From assembly GCA_944325415.1 (NCBI GenBank), contig CALUZW010000005.1:22500-86499 (forward strand): DNA of 64,000 nucleotides, written 5' to 3'. Below are positions 25,692 to 32,756 of this stretch, piece by piece. Source of the DNA: an uncultured Bacteroidales bacterium (GTDB lineage Bacteria > Bacteroidota > Bacteroidia > Bacteroidales > UBA11471). Below the pieces are notes generated by a model. That model was not told where the DNA came from and did no database searches. It saw only the letters and a list, made by a program, of their open reading frames with translations. The number at the start of each line of letters is the position of its first letter. The first letter of the stretch is position 1. Both the position numbers and the translations under genes were made by a program.

Positions 25692-27986
25692 ATGAGAAAA
25701 ATATATTCGGTTTTCTTTCTTACACTTCTGTTACTGACCGGTTTGTCCTGCGACGACCAGTCGCACGGAGAGGGCCTTTTTGAAAACAGCGACAGGATAA
25801 TCTGCACAGAGGTATCGTATCTTTTTTCCGACAACCAGACAGAGGCCGACAGTGAAGACAATATAGAAGAGATCGGCGCCTTTCTTTTTGATGAGGGGAA
25901 ATTTGTAAAAGAATATATCGGGAGCAAACAGGCCCACAGCAAATATGAATTTCGGCTCGATGCCATGAAAGGGAATCTGTATGTTGTGGCCAACGCCTCC
26001 CTTCTCCCCGACTTCGCATCGCCCGCACCGGGACTCTCGGAAGAGGAATGGCGCAAAACCATCATACACTCCACCGATGGAAAAGCCGAAAGGGTATATA
26101 CCGGTGTCGTATCGCTATCCAACCCGTCGGATTATGTAATCCCGGTATCGCTGAAAAGAGTAGCCGCCCGCTTCGATTTGCGAATTGCCGTGGCCGGAAC
26201 GGTCGAAGTAAAAGAGATAACCTTTAAGAATGTAGCGAAGAATGCCTACCTCTTTCCCCAATCAGAGGTCGTCTCGCCCGAAGTGAGAGACACGGCCGAC
26301 ATTGCGCTTGTACCTGAACAGCCGTATCACGATACCGAGCCGGGAATCCTGTATGTGTATGAGCAGCACAATCGAGACTTGAAGGTCGTGTTAAACGCTA
26401 CCATCGAGGGAAAAGAATACTCACTCGAAAGCGATTTGCCCGAAACGATTTCCCGCAATACGGTCTACTCCATCACCCTCCGCAAAGATGTGGTCGACAA
26501 AGAGGTGCAACTCACCGTAGAGGAATGGAAAGACGGCGGAGACACCGCTTTGAAACCGGGAATAGACTCACCCCTTACCATAGACTCGACCCTTGTGGCG
26601 CTACCCCGTAATGTAACGATTGCCCAAGAGGGTACCATGCTCATACTGCCACATCTGGAAACCGATTTCATCGTGGCCATAAAAAGCGACAGCGAATTGG
26701 AGGTCGTGCCAGTAGCCGATGACTTGCTGACCGTAGAACCGGTCTCCGACCCGGAACTCAGCGATAAGGCCGCAAACTCTTTATCGGGCATCAACCTTTT
26801 CAGGATTCGCAAAAAACTCTATGCGCCCAACATGAAAACGGCTGACCTCTTGCTCTATTTCCATCGGAAAGGACTGCATAACTTCTACCCCGAAGACCAC
26901 ATTCACATACGTATGACGGGAAACCCTACAACCAGCGAAGGGGCGTTGGAGTTCGGGACAGATACATATACCCACGATTTCGGCCGCTACATAGACAACG
27001 AGTTCGGTATTTTTACGCTTCCGTCCGAAAAAGAGATGATTGTAGAATTTGAAGAAGGAGAAGATGCCTGGATAAAGATTGAGGCCGAGAGTGATGGCAA
27101 CCGATACCGTGTGTTGGGCGGTTGGCGCCCCAATGACCCCACGGCCAATGGCCGCAAGCAATCGGCCACCCTTGTCATCAGAAACAAAGAAGACAACACC
27201 GACCGGGAAGCCTATACCGTAATACGTCGCAATTACGGCTTGCCGGTAACATGGCTGCATGGTGTGTGGTGGTGCAAATACAATGCCATCAAGAACTCAA
27301 AGAGTTTTGAAGATCAGATACTCTCCTCATCCGACCCGGCCGCACAATCGGGCATGACCCTCTTTCAATATCTCACCTCCTGCTCAGCGGCAGACTTTTT
27401 CGACCTCTGGGGCTGGGCATACCAAGGAGGCAGCGGGCAAGGTATGCAGGTTATCGAACAAGACGGTGTCGTTGTCTTGGAACGATTCACCCGAGACGAA
27501 AAAGTACACATCAACAAATTGGACCCGAAGGCTCTTTCACCCGACGGATACGAGCTGCCCTCGATGGAAGAGATCAACCGGCTGTTCGATGCGACAGACT
27601 ATGTATGGATGATGTATAACGGAACCCACACATTGAAAAATCCGTGGAACGGACATTCACAGATAAAACGTCAGCAACTTCGCAAGAACGACATACCCGT
27701 AGGCACCACGACCGTATCGGATATCATCTATGTTGCCATGTCGAGCCCCGACTATCCCGAACACGAGCCTCTTGTATGGTATGGCCCGGCGGCACAGTGG
27801 AACGATGCCGGCATAATGCATTCGGGGCATTACAACAATATCCTTTTCGGGGTTTACTCCCCCACCGGTGAAGGGTGGTACATGAACGGGGGCATGTCCA
27901 ACCTGTACCTGATGAAAAACGGAGCCAGCAGTTACGACACCCGTATTCTCCGATTCAAGAAGTCGGACGTTGAATACATCTATTGA
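25692..27986 (+). CDS. lipoprotein: fimbrillin-like N-terminal module + beta-rich middle region + FISUMP/C-type-lectin-like C-terminal domain (paralog of 22418-24679)
   Basis: Lipobox LLTGLSC. Pilin-like blocks are AFLFDEGKFVKEY, GNLYVVANAS, IPVSLKRVAARFDLRI, RNTVYSITLRKD and VEEWKDGGDTAL. The C-terminal 257 aa (nt 27213-27983), GLPVTWLHGVWWCKYNAIKNSKSFEDQI...PDGYELPSMEEINRLF...TRILRFKK, are homologous to the C-terminus of 22418-24679. Confidence 0.7.
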   Translation: MRKIYSVFFLTLLLLTGLSCDDQSHGEGLFENSDRIICTEVSYLFSDNQTEADSEDNIEEIGAFLFDEGKFVKEYIGSKQAHSKYEFRLDAMKGNLYVVANASLLPDFASPAPGLSEEEWRKTIIHSTDGKAERVYTGVVSLSNPSDYVIPVSLKRVAARFDLRIAVAGTVEVKEITFKNVAKNAYLFPQSEVVSPEVRDTADIALVPEQPYHDTEPGILYVYEQHNRDLKVVLNATIEGKEYSLESDLPETISRNTVYSITLRKDVVDKEVQLTVEEWKDGGDTALKPGIDSPLTIDSTLVALPRNVTIAQEGTMLILPHLETDFIVAIKSDSELEVVPVADDLLTVEPVSDPELSDKAANSLSGINLFRIRKKLYAPNMKTADLLLYFHRKGLHNFYPEDHIHIRMTGNPTTSEGALEFGTDTYTHDFGRYIDNEFGIFTLPSEKEMIVEFEEGEDAWIKIEAESDGNRYRVLGGWRPNDPTANGRKQSATLVIRNKEDNTDREAYTVIRRNYGLPVTWLHGVWWCKYNAIKNSKSFEDQILSSSDPAAQSGMTLFQYLTSCSAADFFDLWGWAYQGGSGQGMQVIEQDGVVVLERFTRDEKVHINKLDPKALSPDGYELPSMEEINRLFDATDYVWMMYNGTHTLKNPWNGHSQIKRQQLRKNDIPVGTTTVSDIIYVAMSSPDYPEHEPLVWYGPAAQWNDAGIMHSGHYNNILFGVYSPTGEGWYMNGGMSNLYLMKNGASSYDTRILRFKKSDVEYIY

Positions 27987-28065
27987 CACATTCACACCGT
28001 ATGCTTACATCATATACAGAACAGACTGACACATAGCCTCACAATCCTCCGAGGATACCCAATCA

Positions 28066-28101
28066 AGCACTTCGGTAAGCTGGTTACCGGAGTGCTTTTT
28101 T
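28066..28101 (+). terminator. Rho-independent terminator of the lipoprotein cluster
   Basis: agcacttcggtaa / ttaccggagtgct stem (one G-U pair) followed by TTTTTT, 80 nt after the stop at 27986. Confidence 0.7.
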
Positions 28102-28325
28102 AATATCGGCATTTATTTGATATATGGTCAATAAGGCAGTGTAGTATCTCAATCCGCTCTGTTCCAGATTATATCCGTTGGGCCTAATCATGCCATCGCG
28201 GTAATACATCAAACAGATATATTTTATAACTAATTGTATGTTAGCACCTTCGTTTCAAAAAAGCAAATAATCACCGTATTTCTAAAATCACATAAAAACA
28301 GACTCACATCCTGTTAAGACTGCAA

Positions 28326-28781
28326 TTATCTACTTATACTAATTTTAAGGTAAATCATATCTTTCAATTGTTTACCTGCTTCAAAAATCGGATGGTCATA
28401 ATTATCGGTAAAAAAGTTAGGTATCCGGTGTGAATATACAAATCCGCAATTCTTGTAGAAGGATATGGTCATAGGAGAGTCTCCGGTTCCGACAAGCATT
28501 GTATGGCATCGAGATTTATAATATTCCAGAAGAAAGAATATCAACTTTCTCCCATACCCCTGACGCTGGAACTGTGGATAAACAGCAATGTTTTTGATTT
28601 CGTAGACACCTTTGCCTTCTTCGGTTATAACGCATGAAGCTTTAACCTCATTATTATCAGAAAGGACAAACATATCCCCGCGTTCCAAATAACGGTCAAT
28701 CATGGACTCCTGCTCATCAGCAAGGAGTAGTAAATCGAGGTATTGCTTTTTATTGTAAAAGATAGGATATATATCTATCAT
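28326..28781 (-). CDS. GNAT family N-acetyltransferase
   Basis: 151-aa ORF with acetyl-CoA motif A IAVYPQFQRQGYGRKLI. The gene is strikingly A/T-rich compared with its neighbours. Confidence 0.8.
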   Translation of the reverse strand: MIDIYPIFYNKKQYLDLLLLADEQESMIDRYLERGDMFVLSDNNEVKASCVITEEGKGVYEIKNIAVYPQFQRQGYGRKLIFFLLEYYKSRCHTMLVGTGDSPMTISFYKNCGFVYSHRIPNFFTDNYDHPIFEAGKQLKDMIYLKISISR

Positions 28782-28852
28782 ATTCCGTTTCTATGCAAAT
28801 AGCTTGATTCGTAATAAGAAAACAATAGCGATTCTCGTTGGGGTGTAAAAAA

Positions 28853-28887
28853 GGGAGCAAATCCAGAAATTTTTGGATTTGCTCCCT
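28853..28887. terminator. hairpin terminator downstream of tRNA-Ser
   Basis: Perfect 13-bp stem gggagcaaatcca / tggatttgctccc, flanked by A- and T-runs and directly 3' of the tRNA on the minus strand. Confidence 0.75.
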
Positions 28888-28893
28888 TTTTCA

Positions 28894-28979
<86 letters not shown>

Positions 28980-29029
28980 TTGCTTTCGGATAGTGGAGCG
29001 TGTGAACACTCTCCCTGCGAAAAGCGTTG

Positions 29030-29037
29030 CAAAGGTA
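29030..29037 (-). promoter_or_regulatory. candidate -7 promoter box for tRNA-Ser
   Basis: Minus-strand tacctttg, 50 nt upstream of the tRNA 5' end. Confidence 0.4.
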
Positions 29038-29079
29038 ACTGATTTTTCGATATTACCAAACAGTTTCTGATTTTTTGTC

Positions 29080-29087
29080 TACCTTTG
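29080..29087 (+). promoter_or_regulatory. candidate -7 promoter box for the chrA-chrA-folC unit
   Basis: tacctttg, 80 nt upstream of ATG 29167. Confidence 0.4.
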
Positions 29088-29166
29088 CCTGCGTTTACGC
29101 CCGCCGCTCCGATGGGAAAAACCGGGTATAATCCTTGCGGATACGACGTTCCGAAGAATTTTTTGA

Positions 29167-29715
29167 ATGATGATATTTTTACAACTCTTTTGGTCTTTTT
29201 TCAAGATTGGCTCGTTTACCATCGGTGGCGGCTATGCCATGGTGCCCATCATAGAGGAGGAGCTGGTGCGGAAAAAAGGGTGGATCGACAGCGCAGAGTT
29301 TATCGATATGCTGGCCCTCTCGCAATCGGCGCCGGGTATTCTGGCCGTGAACATCTCCATCGCCACGGGCTACCGCATCAAGGGGCTTGCCGGTGCGATA
29401 ACGGCCACGCTGGGTACGGTGCTGCCGTCGTTTATCATCATACTGCTCATTGCCATGTTTTTCCAGCGGTTTCAAGACAATGCGGTGGTGGAGCGCATCT
29501 TCAAGGGCATACGTCCGGCCGTGGTGGCACTCATTGCCGCTCCGGTATTCAAACTGGGCAAGTCGGCACGCATCAACCGTTACAATGTATGGATTCCGGT
29601 GGTGGCGGCTCTGCTGATATGGCTGCTCGACTTCTCTCCGATATGGGTGGTACTCATTGCCGGCATCGGCGGCTATCTCTATGGCGTATATAAAAGAAGG
29701 GAGGCACGGAAATGA
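29167..29715 (+). CDS. chrA: chromate transporter (CHR) family protein, short-chain half 1
   Basis: 182-aa hydrophobic ORF. FFKIGSFTIGGGYAMVPIIEEELV..KGWI...F.D.LALSQSAPG is the CHR signature. Confidence 0.85.
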   Translation: MMIFLQLFWSFFKIGSFTIGGGYAMVPIIEEELVRKKGWIDSAEFIDMLALSQSAPGILAVNISIATGYRIKGLAGAITATLGTVLPSFIIILLIAMFFQRFQDNAVVERIFKGIRPAVVALIAAPVFKLGKSARINRYNVWIPVVAALLIWLLDFSPIWVVLIAGIGGYLYGVYKRREARK

Positions 29716-30260
29716 TTTGGTTGCAACTGTTCTATTCGTTCTTTAAAATCGGCCTTTTCGGTTTCGGCGGCGGATATGCCATGCTCTCAATGATTCAGGG
29801 CGAAGTGGTAACGCGCCACGAGTGGCTCACGCCGCAGGAGTTTACCGACATTATCGCCATCAGCCAGATGACCCCCGGCCCCATCGGCATCAACTCGGCC
29901 ACCTACATCGGCTACACGGCCACGGGCAGCGTGTGGGGGTCGGTATTGGCTACGCTGGCGCTGGTGCTGCCATCGTTTATCATCATGCTCATTCTCTACC
30001 GCTTTTTCATGCGGTATCACAACAACCAGCACGTTACCGACACGTTTGCGGGGCTGCGCCCGGCTGTTATCGGCCTCATCGCCTCGGCAGCACTCGTGCT
30101 GATGAACAGCGAGAACTTCGGTTCGCCCACGGACGATACACGGCAGTTTGTCGCAAGCCTGCTCATCTTCGGAGCCGTGCTGGTGGCCAATTTCTTTTTC
30201 AGGGTGAACGCCATACTGTTGATTGTCCTGGCCGGTGTGGCCGGATTTTTAATATACTGA
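29712..30260 (+). CDS. chrA: chromate transporter (CHR) family protein, short-chain half 2
   Basis: 182-aa paralog (FFKIGLFGFGGGYAMLSMIQGEVV..HEWLT..EF.D.IAISQMTPGP). Its start overlaps the upstream stop by ATGA. Confidence 0.85.
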   Translation: MIWLQLFYSFFKIGLFGFGGGYAMLSMIQGEVVTRHEWLTPQEFTDIIAISQMTPGPIGINSATYIGYTATGSVWGSVLATLALVLPSFIIMLILYRFFMRYHNNQHVTDTFAGLRPAVIGLIASAALVLMNSENFGSPTDDTRQFVASLLIFGAVLVANFFFRVNAILLIVLAGVAGFLIY

Positions 30261-30262
30261 CC

Positions 30263-31549
30263 ATGAACTACGAAGAAACTCTGCAATATCTCTATCGGCA
30301 ACTGCCCGTATTCCAGCAGGTAGGACAGTCGGCCTACAAGCCGGGGCTGGGCAACAGCCTCGCTCTCGATGCGCTGGTGGGACACCCCCACCGCCACTAC
30401 GCCACCATACACGTTGCCGGTACCAACGGCAAGGGGTCGACCAGCCATGTACTGGCAGCCGTGCTCCAAAAGAGCGGCTACCGGGTGGGACTGTACACCT
30501 CGCCGCATCTGGTCGATTTCAGAGAGCGCATACGGGTCGACGGCGAAATGATTCCACGCGAGGCGGTTCTCGCCTTCACCCGAAAATACCTCGACGCAAG
30601 CCGCGAGATTCACCCGTCGTTTTTTGAACTGACAATGATGATGGCCTTTGACTATTTTGCCGAGTGCCACGTCGACGTGGCGGTGATAGAAACCGGCCTC
30701 GGCGGACGTCTCGACAGCACCAACATCATCACCCCGCGCGCCTGTGTCATTACCAACATCAGCTACGACCACATGGCCCTGCTCGGCAATACGCTCACGG
30801 CCATTGCCCACGAAAAGGCCGGTATCATCAAAAGCGGCATACCTGTCGTCATAGGCGAGGCCGAAGGCGATGTGCGCCGCGTTTTTGAAGAGAAAGCCCG
30901 CGAGGAGTCGGCCCCGATATATTTTGCCCAGGATTGCGACGTGATGACCGCCTGCCGCAAAAACGAACTCGGACAGTGGGCCATCGACAGCCGCGACTTC
31001 GGATTCCTGACCTACGAACTGGGCGGATTCTGCCAGGAAAAGAATGCCGCCACACTGCTCTGTGCCCTGCGCCTGCTGCGCAAGGAGGGCTTTGCCATCA
31101 CCCCCGAGGCGGTGCGCGAGGGCTTTGCCCATGTAACCACACTCACCGGACTGCAAGGCCGCTGGCAACAGGTAAACCTCTCGCCCCGCGCCTACTGCGA
31201 CACGGGCCACAACGTGGGTGGTTTTCAATATATCGTAGAACAGTTGGCCGCCATAAAATGCACGACGCTGCGCATCGTCTTCGGCATGGTCAACGACAAA
31301 GACATTTCGGGCGTACTGGCCATGCTCCCCCGCACAGCCGTCTACTATTTCACCCAAGCCTCGATACCACGCGCCATGCCGGCCAGCGTCATGCGCGACA
31401 AGGCCGCCGAAAAGGGTCTTCACGGCGAAGTCTATGCTTCGGTAGCCGAAGCCTACCAAGCCGCCCTGAACGACAGCTGCGCCGACGACTTCGTATTTGT
31501 AGGCGGCAGCAGTTTTGTTGTTGCCGACCTGCTGGCTTCGCTCGGGTAA
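30263..31549 (+). CDS. folC: bifunctional folylpolyglutamate synthase / dihydrofolate synthase
   Basis: MNYEETLQYLY...; Mur-ligase P-loop HVAGTNGKGST; DH..LLG.TL..IA.EKAGIIK. Start set at ATG 30263; the ORF-track extension to 29822 overlaps chrA. Confidence 0.9.
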   Translation: MNYEETLQYLYRQLPVFQQVGQSAYKPGLGNSLALDALVGHPHRHYATIHVAGTNGKGSTSHVLAAVLQKSGYRVGLYTSPHLVDFRERIRVDGEMIPREAVLAFTRKYLDASREIHPSFFELTMMMAFDYFAECHVDVAVIETGLGGRLDSTNIITPRACVITNISYDHMALLGNTLTAIAHEKAGIIKSGIPVVIGEAEGDVRRVFEEKAREESAPIYFAQDCDVMTACRKNELGQWAIDSRDFGFLTYELGGFCQEKNAATLLCALRLLRKEGFAITPEAVREGFAHVTTLTGLQGRWQQVNLSPRAYCDTGHNVGGFQYIVEQLAAIKCTTLRIVFGMVNDKDISGVLAMLPRTAVYYFTQASIPRAMPASVMRDKAAEKGLHGEVYASVAEAYQAALNDSCADDFVFVGGSSFVVADLLASLG

Positions 31550-31640
31550 GGCACTCCCCTGCCCCGTCGGCCAAGGGTGAGTTTTCCCTCTCAGAAACTC
31601 CACCGCATCACCACGAAATATATTCAACCATGCCACTGTA

Positions 31641-31676
31641 AAATCAACGCCCGACAACCTCGGGCGTTGATTTTTT
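31641..31676 (+). terminator. Rho-independent terminator after folC
   Basis: 13-bp stem aaatcaacgcccg / cgggcgttgattt followed by a T run. Confidence 0.75.
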
Positions 31677-31769
31677 GTAAAGAAACAAACAGAGAGATTA
31701 ATTTTATTCAAATCAGCTTTGATATTATTAAACCATATATTATATTTGCATCAATAGAGAAGAAACAAA

Positions 31770-32057
31770 ATGAATACACCGAAACGTCTACCACTGACCT
31801 GCCCGAGTTGCGAAACGCCGCTAAAAGTGAGCGAACTGTTCTGCCACACCTGCGGCACCAAAGTGTGTGGTGAATATGACCTGCCCCCGCTGGCCCGACT
31901 CAGTGAGAAAGAACAACAGTTTGCCATCGACTTTATCAAGTCGAGCGGCAGCCTCAAAGAGATGGCCCGCTCCATGGGACTGAGCTATCCCACCGTGCGC
32001 AATATTCTCGACGAACTCATCGAGAAGCTTCAACATCTCTCACCGTCGAATCCCTAA
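31770..32057 (+). CDS. DUF2089-family protein (zinc ribbon + HTH)
   Basis: 95-aa ORF. CPSC...CHTCG zinc-ribbon pattern, then LSEKEQQFAIDFIKSSGSLKEMARSMGLSYPTVRNILDELIEKL. Confidence 0.75.
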   Translation: MNTPKRLPLTCPSCETPLKVSELFCHTCGTKVCGEYDLPPLARLSEKEQQFAIDFIKSSGSLKEMARSMGLSYPTVRNILDELIEKLQHLSPSNP

Positions 32058-32069
32058 AACCAATCTGCC

Positions 32070-32672
32070 ATGAATACACACACAAAACCGTCCCGCCCCG
32101 CCTTTCTCGCCAACCCCTTCTACACCATAGCCGGATGGAAAGCCTTGGCGTGGGGATTGCTGGGCATGGCCGTAGCAACTGCCGGGTCGATGGCCGCACA
32201 TCTGCACTATCACGGACTTATGCACTACGGCTCCGCCCCTAACGACGCATGGTGGTGCTACACAGCCGAGCATCTCGTCGTGTGGCTTGTACCGGCAGCC
32301 ATATTCTATGTAGCGGGGCTGCTGCTGTCGTCATCGCGCATACGACTCATCGACGTGCTCGGCACAACGGCTTTTTCCCAGATACCTTTTGCCGTCATGA
32401 ACCTCTTCTATCTGCCAGAGCAGGTACAAACTTTCATCGCTCTTACCCCTGAAGAACTTGCCGGGAAAATTTCACAGGAGAGTTACTGGCTACCCGTTGT
32501 CGGATGGCTGACGCCGTCACTGCTGTTTCTCGCTGTGGTCCTGTGTTGGCTGGCCGTTGCCCTGAAAACCTCTTGCAACCTGCGCGGGTGGAGGCTTCTA
32601 CTGGGTTATGCCGCCGGTATTATAGGCGGCGACATGGCTTGTCGCCTCATCATTTCTCTAATGTATAAATAA
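32070..32672 (+). CDS. hypothetical polytopic membrane protein (Yip1-like topology)
   Basis: 200-aa ORF with ~5 hydrophobic segments, 12 nt downstream of the DUF2089 gene. No family confidently recognised. Confidence 0.55.
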   Translation: MNTHTKPSRPAFLANPFYTIAGWKALAWGLLGMAVATAGSMAAHLHYHGLMHYGSAPNDAWWCYTAEHLVVWLVPAAIFYVAGLLLSSSRIRLIDVLGTTAFSQIPFAVMNLFYLPEQVQTFIALTPEELAGKISQESYWLPVVGWLTPSLLFLAVVLCWLAVALKTSCNLRGWRLLLGYAAGIIGGDMACRLIISLMYK

Positions 32673-32756
32673 ACCTAAAAAACCAACAAAAACACCAAAA
32701 GTTTTCTCAGTTAACCAAGAAAGAGATATTTTTGCCGCAAACCAAAAACAACAATT

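Noticed and set aside
22418-27986. Possible diversity-generating retroelement targeting the lectin-like C-termini
   Set aside because: No reverse transcriptase ORF and no near-identical template repeat of either 3' end is present in the window. The two C-termini are far too diverged from each other to form a TR/VR pair. This remains only a whole-genome check.
28084-28209. 41-codon minus-strand ORF (MYYRDGMIRPNGYNLEQSGLRYYTALLTIYQINADIKKALR) in the A/T-rich spacer
   Set aside because: It is short, overlaps the cluster terminator hairpin, has no recognisable motif, and has no promoter box. It may be a gene remnant but is not supportable as a feature.
29822-30262. N-terminal extension of the folC ORF (575-aa version), and the alternate-frame ORF 29085-29693
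   Set aside because: Both overlap the two chrA genes in other frames and translate to Arg/His/Gly-rich nonsense. The folC family N-terminus (MNYEETLQYLY) begins at ATG 30263.
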